This document shows, piece by piece, positions 1 to 11,167 of a DNA stretch of 64,000 nt (within the stretch, counting starts at the first letter, position 1; the number at the start of each line of letters is the position of its first letter). The position numbers were made by a program, and so were the translations under genes. The notes below the pieces were generated by a model, which did no database searches, had not been told where the DNA came from, and was given only the letters and a program-made list of their open reading frames with translations. Source of the stretch: Octopus sinensis (lineage: Eukaryota); contig NC_043005.1 in the NCBI RefSeq assembly GCF_006345805.1, positions 77,252,001-77,316,000 on the forward strand, in the 5' to 3' direction.

Positions 1-239
1 CTCTGTCAAATAAACAAAAAAAAATGCTCTTCACCAAGAGATTGCGCAGTAACGGGACTGAACCGAGAATACCACGATTACAAAATAAACTCATTAACCA
101 CATTCTAATTGATATTTTACAAGATTTAATGACATATAACAAAGTTTAGCAGGCGTGAAACAGAGACTGGATTCATCACCAGCTGTTGCAACACCAAAGC
201 CTCGATCAGTGGTTCTCAATGGTTTATTTATTTATTTTA

Positions 240-669
240 GGCGTAGGAGTGGCTGTGTAGTAAGTAGCTCGCTTACGAACCACATGGTTCCGGGTTCAAA
301 TCCACTGCGTGGCACCTTGAGCAAGTGTCTTCTACTATAGCCTCGGGCCGACCAAGGCCTTGTGAGTGTATTTGGTAGACGGAAACTGAAAGAAGCCCGT
401 CGAATATATGTATATATATATATATGTATGTATGTATGTATGTGTGTGTGTGTATGTTTGTGTGTCTGTGTTTGGCCCCTCCCCCAACATCGCTTGACAA
501 CCGATGCTGGTGTGTTTACATCTCCGTAACTTAGCAGTTCGCAAAAGAGACCGATAGAATAAGTACTACGCATACAAATAATAAGTCCCGGGGGTCGATT
601 TGCTCGACTAAAACGCGGTGCTCCAGCATGGTCACAGTCAAATGACTGAAACAAGTAAAAGAGTAAAAG
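240..669 (+). mobile_element. SINE family A, near full length (tRNA-like head, CORE-like GGCACCTTGRGCAAGTG block, internal TA/TG microsatellite, GTAAAAGA tail)
   Basis: Box A/B-like head, and the same body recurs many times in the window (960, 33790, 46310, 47125 etc.). Confidence 0.85.
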
Positions 670-752
670 CGTATGAACCCCTCTGGTTCCTATTTTACTC
701 GGGAGGATTCTGATAGCCATTTGATGTTGTAAAAATTCCTAGTATCGTGTTC

Positions 753-835
753 AGCACGATGGCCGAGTGGTTAAGGCGTTGGACTTAAGTTCCAATGGAC
801 ATCTGTCCGCGTGGGTTCGAACCCCACTCGTGCTA
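753..835 (+). tRNA. tRNA-Leu-TAA: tRNA-Leu, anticodon TAA (long variable arm)
   Basis: Cloverleaf read directly: acceptor AGCACGA/TCGTGCT, discriminator A, D arm with A box TGGCCGAGTGGTTAAGG, anticodon stem TTGGA/TCCAA with loop CTTAAGT, variable arm TGGAC-ATCT-GTCCG, T arm GTGGG-TTCGAAC-CCCAC; closely resembles metazoan tRNA-Leu(TAA). Confidence 0.95.
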
Positions 836-840
836 ATAAA

Positions 841-846
841 TTTTTT
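841..846 (+). terminator. RNA polymerase III terminator (T6) of the tRNA-Leu gene
   Basis: TTTTTT 5 nt downstream of the tRNA 3' end. Confidence 0.8.
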
Positions 847-959
847 CAGCGGTGGTGCCCCAGCATGGCCGCGGCCTTCGGGCTAAAACATTTTAAAGGA
901 TTTATTATAGTTTTAGAATTAAATATTAATATGAATTGTTTTAAAACAGAATTGCTTTA

Positions 960-1390
960 AGCGCAGGTGTGACTGTGTGGTAAGAAGTTTTGCTTCCCGA
1001 CCTCATGGTTCCGGGTTCAGTCTCACTGCGTGGTACCTTCGGTAACTCTCTACTAATATAGTAATATAGCTTCGGTTTGAATAAAGTCTTGCAAGTGGAT
1101 TTTGTAGATGGAAACTGAAAGAAGCCCCTCGTATATATGTGTTGTTGTGTCTGTGTCTGTGCGAGTGTGTCTGTTTGTTTGTCCACCACGACCACCAGCA
1201 CCACTTGACAGCCGGTGTTAATGTGCTTACGTCCCCATAACTTAGCGTTCGTCAAATGGCGCCGGTAGGATAAGTGCCAGGATTTGCCAAATAAATTAAT
1301 AAGTACTGGAGTCGATTCGTTCGACTAAAATTCTTCAAGGGTGTGCCCCAGTATGGCCGCAGTCAGATGACTGAAACAAGAAAAAGATAA
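960..1390 (+). mobile_element. SINE family A, diverged copy
   Basis: Colinear similarity to 240-669 from head to tail. Confidence 0.8.
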
Positions 1391-2139
1391 TATTTTGTAC
1401 AATGTAGAATTATAACCAATTTTCTACACAAAACTTTCGATGGACCACCAAGGGTGATATGGTCTTCTGTTGAGAATCGGTACCCCAGTTTAAGCTTGAT
1501 CGATCAGAGCTATGATCGAAATTATTCCAGTCGTGACTGTCTGAATCTTGTTAGGAGAACCTAGAACTGTATATTTTTACGTGTCATTTTCCTTTTTTCC
1601 GTTCATGACGTTAAGGTGGGAATTTATGCAGTTATGGCTGCTACATCTAGCAAGTCGTGTGACCGCGTATTATCATCCCCCGTTAGAGAATGAATTCAAT
1701 CGAATAGTTAGCTGAGAGTAGAAGTTGTATGTGCTGATAAGATACGAAGAATAAAAGAGAGAAGAATTAAATATGTATGAAATAGAAAGAACGAAGCAAA
1801 GAGTTTTTCCAGCAAATGCAGACTTATCGATCACAGCTGCATTTTTGTTTTTGCATTCTGTTATAGTTATTGTTATTTTATTTTATTTTTCTGTTTGTGT
1901 TCAGAAGGAAGATATGAGAATAGTAATAAACAGTAATCAATTGAAAGTCCACAGATGTTAAGGTATGGCGTATATATGGTGCCTAAAGAGGAATGCCATA
2001 CATTTCTGATGCAGTTCTTTTTTTATTATATTTTATCAAGATGTGGAGATATGCGGCAGACATCAGTGTATAGTCGATAGGAGTGTGGAGAAAGAGACGT
2101 TGGTGCACACAATAAAAGAAGTAAATAGGGAATAATCGA

Positions 2140-2600
2140 ATAATAATAATCCTTTCTATTAAAGGCACAAGGCCTGTGATTGGGGATTGTGGGGATTGCA
2201 TCGACTCCAGTGTTTCACTGGTACTTAATTTATCGACCCTGAAAAGATGAAAGGCAAAGATGACCCCGGCGGAATTTGAACTCAGAACGTAAAGAAGGAC
2301 GAAATGCCGCAAAGGACTTCGTCCGACATCCTAACGATTCTTATTTCTTTATTGCCCACAAGGGACTAAACATAGAGCGAACAATCAAAGACAGACAAAG
2401 GGATTAAGTCGATTACATCGACCTCAGTGCGTAACTAGTACTTAATTCATCGACCCCGAAAGGATGAAAGGCAAAGTCGACCTCGGCGGAATTTGAACTC
2501 AGAACGTAACGTCAGACGAAATACGACTACGCATTTCGCCCGGCGTGCTACCGTTTCTGCCAGCTCGCCACCTTAACGATTCTGCCAGCTCGTCGCCTTC
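2140..2600 (-). mobile_element. SINE family B, tandem units (central GCCTTTCATCCTTTCGGGGTCGATAAATTAAGTACCAG domain)
   Basis: Reverse complement of the 6381-6795 and 43081-43685 units; central domain recalls the MetaSINE-type domain (from memory, unverified). Confidence 0.8.
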
Positions 2601-2984
2601 ATAATAATATTTTCTATTAAAAACAGAAGACTGAATCTTTTCAGTGAGGAGGTCAGTAGTCGAGTGCATTGACTCCATTGCTCAACTTTTATCGCATTTT
2701 ATCGATCCTGAAATGATGAAAGTTGGCCACAGTGGACCTGATGCCAATAGTAAATGACGCGTTTGGAACTATCAGCACTCAACTACAACATGGCTAAAAA
2801 ATATTGGTACAAATATGTAGAGACTGAACACCTAAAAAATCATCATTTCTTGGAACTGCAAGAGTTTTCCGCAGGGTTCTTGGAGTAAACAAGTTTCACC
2901 TTAGTCGGTTGGCTGAGGACGGCTGACATTCCGATTAAACCCAGCAAAATAAGCTGGGTGTTTTCATCAAATAATAATAGTAAT

Positions 2985-3147
2985 TCTTTCTACAATAGGT
3001 GAATGGCTGAAAGATTTCGGTGGGGTTGGAGCTGGTCGATTATATAGAATCTATTGCTTGCCTGGTACTTATTTCATTAACCACGACATGATAAAATGCC
3101 GCTAAGCATTTTGCCCGGCGTGCGTTCGATTCTGCCAGCTCACCGCC

Positions 3148-3150
<3 letters not shown>
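2985..3150 (-). mobile_element. SINE family B, degenerate copy
   Basis: Head GGCGGTGAGCTGGCAGAATCG and body remnants on the minus strand. Confidence 0.6.

Positions 3151-3205
<55 letters not shown>
3149..3205. repeat. (AAT)n microsatellite
   Basis: Direct reading. Confidence 0.95.
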
Positions 3206-3206
<1 letters not shown>

Positions 3207-3732
3207 TCATGGCTTCTGATCTTAACTGATTGGAAGTGTTATCATGTACACTGTTTTGTCTTGGTATAAAAGATGGGCTACAGCAAATATTCTGCTCAAT
3301 ACCACAGATTTGCTTGTCAGTTGTTTGACCTTAACCAGTTGAGCATGTCCCTTAGTGGCTGACAATATGTGCATCTCTGATCACGAGCAGAAGTAGTGGG
3401 GGAGCATCATAGCCATGTGTTGAGAAGGATTCTTTGGGGTTTGAATAATTCACCTCTGGAAACATGGGTGTTTCGTTCAACGTCCTTAAACAACCCTTAT
3501 TCAGGGACCTTTTGAGCGGGATGGGTTACTCGATCTGAAGAAAATTCTAACTGGGCTCCACCTGCAAGGTTATGTGCTGTTTATCTTGATATGAGATCAC
3601 CATGTCGCGCACATATGGTTGTGATGCATGTGCCTGGTGTACCCTTATCAGAAGGGTAGTCATGATGGGTATACTGGGCTTCGTATATTTTACCCCAGTG
3701 TCACTTTGATGGCATGCTCTGCTCGCTCACTC
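3206..3732 (+). mobile_element. ~530 bp interspersed repeat ending CTCACTC-(AAT)n; probable LINE 3' UTR or LINE-dependent SINE
   Basis: Second high-identity copy at 48554-49063 with the same 3' end and (AAT)n on both sides. Confidence 0.8.
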
Positions 3733-3750
3733 AATAATAATAATAATAAT

Positions 3751-4380
3751 ATCTACACTGGCTAATAAGTCGGCATTACAATATCAAAACTGCCGACAAG
3801 TGGTATATTCACCACCCTGAAGCTGTAACTGAAGGAGAAAATGTAACGATTCTGTGGGACTTTCCAGTACATACAGACCGAATCACCAAAGCCAATAAAC
3901 CAGATATTGTTGTGAAAGACCAAAACAATAAAGTTTGCTTATTGGTCGACATGAGCATCCCGTGTGATCATAATATCTGGGCGAAAGAGTTTGACAAGCT
4001 CAGAAAATATAAAGACCTGCTCATTGAAATTCATTGAAATTGAGAAAATGTGACATCTCAAGGCGGTTACAATACCAGTGATCGTAGAAGCACTAGGAAT
4101 GACCAAGAAGGGAACCGAAAATTATATGAGAATGATCCCTGGCTTACCATCCCTGTAAGAAGTGCAAAAGATTGTCTTAACTGGTACATCACACGTATTG
4201 AGAAGAACATTGTCGATGTGAGAATTATTACTACCTATGTATTTTAATTTAACTTTAAAAAAAATGAACGAACTAGTGAGTTTAGTTTAATGGCCTACCA
4301 ATTTATACTATGAGTTTCTTTGCTCTAGGAGTCGGGAAGACACTCGGCGAGAAATGGAAGCAAATTTGAAAGAAGAAAAA
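3751..4380 (+). mobile_element. R4/Dong-clade non-LTR retrotransposon, 5'-truncated (restriction-like endonuclease domain and 3' UTR)
   Basis: Translates YLHWLISRHY..ILWDFPVHTDRITKANKPDIVVKD..LVDMSIP..KLRKYKDL..PVIVEALG..VQKIVLTGTSHVLRRTLSM*; 10 bp duplication CATTGAAATT frameshifts it; (AAT)n tail. Confidence 0.85.
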
Positions 4381-4384
4381 AAAG

Positions 4385-4435
<51 letters not shown>

Positions 4436-4450
4436 TAATAATAATAATAA

Positions 4451-4481
<31 letters not shown>

Positions 4482-4524
4482 AAGAAGAAGAAGAAGAAGA
4501 AGAAGAAGAAGAAGAAGAAGAAGA
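4385..4524. repeat. (AAT)n followed by (AAG)n microsatellite
   Basis: Direct reading. Confidence 0.95.
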
Positions 4525-4529
4525 AAGTG

Positions 4530-5180
4530 ATAAATATAAGACAACTCATCAGAAAGTGATACGTGAAGAATCTGTGGAAAAAATAGTGAAACCGTATGGC
4601 ATATTACCAGCCAATGTACGCCACTACCCCAGAAGGAATATACGAGACGCCACGACAATATACCCAGGCTTGTCCATTGGACATTTTGGAACATGTATGG
4701 ACTTGGCAAAGAAAAAAATTGGTGAGACCACAAACCCAGAGGCATCATCGAAAATGATAAAGAAAAGATCCTGTGGGATTTTATGATTCAGTGCGACCAT
4801 GAAATAGAGAATAGGAAGTCAGACATAGTTTTCATTGAGAAAGAAAGTAAACTATGCTGGGTCATAGGTATAGCCTGCCCAGTTTACAACAAGGTATGCG
4901 ATAAGGAAGAAAGTAAATTCGATAGGTACGACAGGTTAGCTTGGGAGGTAAAGCAGTTGTGGTCGATGAAAAAGGTGGTAGTGGTACAAATAATTGTCGG
5001 AGCCCTGGGAGCAATCTCGTGAAGTACATGGAACAAATAGGGGCTGCAATAAGGGTGGAGCACTTGCAGAAAACAGCACTGCTTGGAACCGCTCGAATAC
5101 TCCGGAAGGTGCTGGAAAAATAAGGAGTGTCACTGGTAGTGAACGGCTGACACCTGTTGGCGTTAGAAGCTGTGAAAAGA
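4530..5180 (+). mobile_element. R4/Dong-clade retrotransposon remnant (CCHC knuckle and RLE), second family
   Basis: RICGKNSETVWHITSQC..EYTRRHD..LVHW..ILWDFMIQCDHEIENRKSDIV..KFDRYDRL..IIVGALG and LQKTALLGTARILRKVLEK*; (AAT)n tail. Confidence 0.85.
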
Positions 5181-5367
5181 GAATAATAATAATAATAATA
5201 ATAACATTTTTCCAACAGTCTAATTCATTGCGTGTGTATGAAATGATGATGATGAGTAGCAGGATGGGGAGGAGAAGGAGGATGGGGACGAGGAGGAGGA
5301 CGGGGACGAGGAGGCAGATGGGGAGGAGGAGAACGGGGATTATTAGTATTATGAGGAGGAGAGAAAA

Positions 5368-5438
5368 GAAGAAGAAGAAGAAGAAGAAGAAGAAGAAGAA
5401 GAAGAAGAAGAAGAAGAAGAAGAAGAAGAAGAAGAAGA
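5368..5438. repeat. (AAG)n microsatellite
   Basis: Direct reading. Confidence 0.95.
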
Positions 5439-6189
5439 ATCCTTTGTCTAATGCTAAACTTCCGATGGACGAGGGAGCATCTCATTGACAAGATACAAAA
5501 CCTGTGAGAAGTTTACAGTGACTCGATAATGAAAGTGTACGGATGGGAAGCACACATCAGAAAGTGATAAATGTATACAGGAAATGAAATACATCGTTTC
5601 AGTAGATTCCATGACTACATATCACCTATCGAGGTAAACCACTGAACGCGGAATAATCTTACTGCTAGTCTAACTACCTTGAAGAACTTCTCTCCAGCTT
5701 ACAGGCCATACCACTTTCATGCTTTCCTTAACATTCACTTTTTTTATTAAAGTGGAACCGGACTATTCAGCTGAACCCTTTTTTCTATAGTTAACAATCA
5801 GAAAACTAACCGTTCAATACAATGAAAAGTAATACATCTCATAAATTTGTTTAATTTTATGAATTTATAATATGTTCAACTCATATAAACGAACCAAATA
5901 TATAACAAATTATATAAAATATATTGTACATTTGTTTCAGAGGGGAATAATCTCCTCAGATCAACCAAGGAAAATGAACAGATCCTAGATTTTCCTGCCA
6001 AGCGGGTACCACCGTAGATCATATAGGAATTTCTGCAGGTTTTGTTGCGTCCATAATCATTTCATATAAAGTTCTTTCGGACAGTGTTTGTAGCAAGACT
6101 TTTCCCCTCCACTAAAAGTAATATATTAACCACCTGAATTTTGGGAGACGTGGCTTTGCACAAACACGACGCTCAAGCGACAAGAATGC

Positions 6190-7320
6190 AGGGGCTCTAT
6201 ATTTTTGAGATGGGTTGGTTTTAGTGGTGTTGATCCTAAAGCAAAATTCTCAATGTATTCCTTGTATATATTGGCTATTATTGGTGATAATGACGAACCC
6301 ATAGCTAAATCCTTATCATTGTCGATATGTCTCAGTATCTACTCTGAAGTTGGCAGTTTCTACACAGAAGGTCAAAATAAGACGGCGAGCTGGCAGAAAC
6401 GGTAGCACATGGGCGAAATGCTTAGCGGTATTTCGTCTGCCGTTACGTTGTGAGTTCAAATTCCGCCGAGGTCGACTTTGCCTCATCCTTTCGGGGTCGA
6501 TAAATTAAGTACCAGTTACGCACTGGGGTCAATGTAATCAACTTAATCCCTTTGTCTGTCCTTGTTTGTCTCCTCTATGTTTAGCCCCTTGTGGGTAATA
6601 AAGAAATAGGTATTTCGGCTGCCGCTACGTTCTGAGTTCAAATTCCGCCGAGATCGACTCTGCCTTTCATCCTTTCGGCGTCGATAAATTAAGTACCAGT
6701 TACGCACTGGGGTCAATGTAATCAACTTAATCCCTTTGTCTGTCCTTGTTTGTCCCCTCTATGTTTAACCCCTTGTGGGCAATAAAGATATAAGAAGGTT
6801 AATATTTCCATCAAGTTTCCTATTGGTATACCAGTGCGAACTTTTAGATAGGTGTCCGTCAGTAGTTTTCTTGAATCACTGATAGTGCTTCATCAGTTGG
6901 GACTTCACTGAACAGGCTTATCACATCTAGACTTACCATCTGGTTGGATCCAATGAAGGTATCCTTGATCAAGTCTGTGAAGTGGGTGGAATTCTTCACA
7001 TATGATATTGACTAACTTGCTAATGGACAGGGAAGCGGCTCAGTGGATGACATGCCGGACCTCTACCGCTCACTATGGGTTTTAATGGGATATCATCCTT
7101 CTCAATCTTAGGAAGACGGTACATGTGTGGTAGTTTACTATAGTGTTGGGTCAGTTGTCTGTACTTCATTGATATGAAGTGATTCTTGTTCTTGATTAAA
7201 ATTTGTGACAGCTTCCTCCCTGTTTTCAGAGTTCGGTCTTTATATATGCAGGCCTTGTTCAAATATGAGTAGAATATGGAAACTGGTATTGAAGGATATA
7301 AAAATATTAAGTTTGTAAGC
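6190..7320 (-). mobile_element. Penelope-like element reverse transcriptase remnant, interrupted by a family B SINE
   Basis: Minus-strand peptides LPHMYRLPKIEKDDIPLKPIVSG (ORF 7020-7262), YVKNSTHF..MVSLDVISLFSEVPTDEAL (6860-7000) and GLAMGSSLSPIIANIYKEYIENFALG (6215-6320), in the order expected for PLE RT. Confidence 0.85.
6381..6795 (+). mobile_element. SINE family B, head plus two tandem body units
   Basis: GGCGAGCTGGCAGAAAC head, B-box-like GAGTTCAAATT, internal junction AAAGAAATA|GGTATTTCG near 6609. Confidence 0.85.
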
Positions 7321-7345
7321 CCTAAAATTCACTCTATATGCCCAA

Positions 7346-7590
7346 GGGCATATAGCGTAATGGTTAAGAGCGCAGGCTTCTAACCCCAAGATTGCGAGTT
7401 CAGTTCCAGGCAGTGCCTTGAATAACTAATAATAATAATGATGATAATAGTAATAGCATCAGCAAAAAAGCACCTTAGGAATTCTACCAAAACACCTGAT
7501 GATGGCTGGAGAGTAAATCAGCCGAAACGTTGTGGTAACAACAAGCAGTAAATATAAATAATAAATACGGAGTTAATGTAAGTATTTCCC
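7346..7590 (+). mobile_element. SINE family E (tRNA-like head, AAT tract, hammerhead-like tail)
   Basis: Head GGCATATRGCGTARTGGTTAAGAGC..GAGTTC; colinear second copy at 16034-16375. Confidence 0.75.
7491..7536 (+). ncRNA. Minimal type I hammerhead-like motif in the SINE E tail
   Basis: AACAC-CTGATGA-T-GGCTG(10 nt loop)CAGCC-GAAA-CGTT-GTGGT; one stem I mismatch here, corrected (GTGTT) in the 16261-16306 copy. Confidence 0.55.
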
Positions 7591-7599
7591 ACCTCTGAC

Positions 7600-8170
7600 C
7601 AACCTTTCTGTTATGACTTTCTGTTAGTTTATATCTAAGATCTACAGGTCATTCTGCAAGATTATCCACACCCTGATCCTAAACTCGTTTCGCTTCTTAT
7701 TCGCGTGACAGTCGGAACAGATTCAGAAAACATAAGCTCTAATGGAGCCTTTCTTCCAGCGTTATACACTGACCAACCGTGACATGATTTTCCAGAATAC
7801 GAATAGTGAACCCAGTTTTCTTCTTGATAATGCATGCTTATGCTACCAAGTTAACATGTGGTTTTCTGTCTTAATGACGGTGAGGTCGCCCCAATACGAC
7901 AACACAAATCTCCTGTGTCCAAGTTTAAACGAGATACCCCCTTAATATATTTATCTTCAAAAGAACCAACACGAACCGTAGTAGCGATAGAAGTCACTCT
8001 AAAACGGTGGAGCGTGTGTTTCAAACAGGGGTGTGTTAGAAGGTCATTTAGTCAGACCATCGAGCAGATACTTCGGTACGTGGAAACGGTTTTGCTTGTA
8101 CAAAGACAGACCAAAATTGACTTCTCGTGGGACACTGCCAGATAACGGTGGTCGATACCGACGAAAACAT
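7600..8170 (-). mobile_element. Probable N-terminal ORF remnant of the same Penelope-like element
   Basis: Lies upstream of the RT on the same strand; only weak, frameshifted resemblance. Confidence 0.3.
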
Positions 8171-8624
8171 TGATGAAAATTGATTTAAATTGATTACATT
8201 GTCATTTACTGCAACTGTTCATGAACTGGTTGTTGCTTAACCCTAGGCCAACAAAGAAATGACCAGGCAAATCACTAAGGACATTCCAAATGTGACCATC
8301 CTGCCTTATATTATATTCAGACACAGGAATTTTTTCAACATGGCCTACGCTGCTTAAGGTTGTAGAACAGATCTAAGCGATCATTTGTTCGGTATTTCTA
8401 GCAAATATTTCTAGTCATGTACAGGTTTCCTCTTTGAGCTGTGTTTATTAGGTGTAAATATCAGGGAATATTTGAACAACGATCTTTAGCGTTTTATTGC
8501 GTTGCAATCGATTTTAAAGTTTAGACCTAGTCATTACACAAGCAACATTCAAAATAAACCATTGTAATTGATTGTGGTTAGAGATTATTAGCGTATGATT
8601 ATAGTTATTTGACTTCTTCCGCTT

Positions 8625-8900
<276 letters not shown>

Positions 8901-9002
8901 ATGTATGAATACTGCTCACTGTTTTATTACAAGCATACAATAGCAGCAATGTCTAATTTGCCCCGTTTTTTCCTTTACTATCTCTCTCTCTGTCTCTCTC
9001 TG

Positions 9003-9046
<44 letters not shown>

Positions 9047-9264
9047 TTATATTCATTCATTGTGGTTACTTCCAGACAGCTTTTGTTTCTAAACATCAGT
9101 CACTTTGTCTGCAAAGTTACCTTCTGATTCATAATGGTTATTGAGTAAAACACAACAAAAAACACATAAATAAATAAAAACAAAACAAAAATCCCACACG
9201 TACACAGCTTCCCCAGGAAACATTGGTCATTAAATATATGTGCATGCATGTCTTTCTGCATGTA

Positions 9265-9450
<186 letters not shown>

Positions 9451-9936
9451 TCTACCAACGATAATCAACCAGAAAGGAAACGCAACAAGCTACGTGTGTT
9501 ATCCTATCCAATTCGCTTACAGCCACTACGCCAGAAATCAATACGTTATATATATATATGTATTCTATATTCTACTTTAGTTACCGTATCATTTCAACCA
9601 AGTAGAAATAACGTGGTCAAGGAGCTATTATCTCGATACTGCAACGCAATGAATTCACGGTCACCTATAGGATTTATGCTTAACTACTGAGTCAGCACAA
9701 TCGAATTTATTCACTAAAATTTAAAACCGCTAACAAAAAGACTTATTGGGTAACAAAAGGATTATTCAGTGGCTGCTTAGCTGTTAGAGACTGGCTTGAA
9801 TGTTGTTTGCATTGAGCAAGTAGCAACCTGTCTATTTAGAAAATGCAGAACCAATCTTATTAGAAATGAACTCCTCCTTTTGTGTGTATGCGCAGACACC
9901 GGCGTGTACGTTGTGTGTGTGCGTGTGTGTGTGTGT

Positions 9937-9977
<41 letters not shown>

Positions 9978-10180
9978 ATATATATATGGTAGTTGGATAA
10001 GGCGGCGAGCTGGCAGAAACGCTAGTACGCCGGGCGAAATGCTCCTTCAGAACTAAATTTAAAGGTTACGTGTGATTGTGGTAAACTTAGCCGCTTCCAC
10101 ATTAATTTCACGAGCAGGCTGTTCCGTTGAGTGGATCAACTGGCACTCTCGTCGTCATAATCAACGGCGAGTCAGGAGAT

Positions 10181-10345
10181 ATAAGGAGTGCTGAAAAAGT
10201 TCCTGGCTTTAATGGTGTTTTGAAAGGCCTGGCTGGAGTCCTAACATCACGAGTTCTTTTACAAAGCTTAGAAAAACTGAAAGACCGCTGCAACAAGTGT
10301 TTGAATCTGAGAGGAGATATGTAGAATGGAATCACAATTAGCTGA
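10181..10345 (+). mobile_element. Mariner-derived non-autonomous element fragment
   Basis: TIR-like GGAGTGCTGAAAAAGTTCCTGGCTTT followed by transposase C-terminus-like LEKLKDRCNKCLNLRG; related copy at 41862-42055. Confidence 0.6.
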
Positions 10346-11167
10346 TCCGCCTAAATTTTCAACATACATACATACATATATATGTATATATATACATACC
10401 CGGATACGAAAGTGTGGGCGTATAAAACTTCTGCTTTAATACAGTTGTACTTCATATACCCGCATAAAAGATAATTTGTTATAAACGCTGTATTGAACGA
10501 ACTTTTGGAATATATTGTAGTGGATTTATTTTGAGGAGGATTGCTATATATAAATGAGTGAAACGCACTTAAAACCTCAGCTGTGACCGCTAGTTTTCTG
10601 TTCAGTGCTATTCGTTCTACAAATGTCAAATCAGTCTCTATTACACCTATTCTTCAGTCTAAATCTAGATTTAGATATATATAGAGTGAGAGAAAATTTC
10701 GCCTCAAAGTGTTTCTGAAAAGATCAAAGAAATTGATCATCATCTGGTAAATCTTTTTCAGATGCTAGGAGAAAGAAAACAAAGCGTTATGAAGAACTTG
10801 AAGAATTTAACAGTTCTGTTTCTTTGTTTTATCCTTTTATCTTTTAGTTGCTTCCATCACAGGACTGTGACCATGCTGGGGTACCACCTCGAAGTGTTTA
10901 ATCTAATAAGTCGACCTCGGGACTTATTTTTTAAAATCTAGTAATTATTCAATCGGCCACTTTTGACTAAATTACATCTACTACGGAGATGTAAAGAAAC
11001 CAGCAACATTTGTGAAGCCGTGCGGAAGGCACACAAATACTAACTCACACACATATATGCACACACATGCACACATACACACACGTATATATTATATATA
11101 TATATATGTGTGTAAAAAAGAAGTTTGAAAACGCCACTATATTAGATAAATTTTAATTTTCTTATGA

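Noticed and set aside
232-720. 162 aa ORF similar to ORFs at 47306-47542 and 46274-46525
   Set aside because: The recurring peptide is the antisense reading of SINE family A, not a gene family.
4308-5491. Poly-L, poly-K, poly-F and poly-I ORFs (also 14057-14465, 42551-42763, 48311-48580, 49839-50501)
   Set aside because: They arise from (AAT)n, (AAG)n and (TTA)n tracts or the antisense of LINE remnants.
4547-5569. 15 bp direct repeat CATCAGAAAGTGATA (4547-4561 and 5555-5569) as a target-site duplication
   Set aside because: The first copy is in frame within the Dong ORF (SESD just before RICG), so the second is more simply another Dong scrap.
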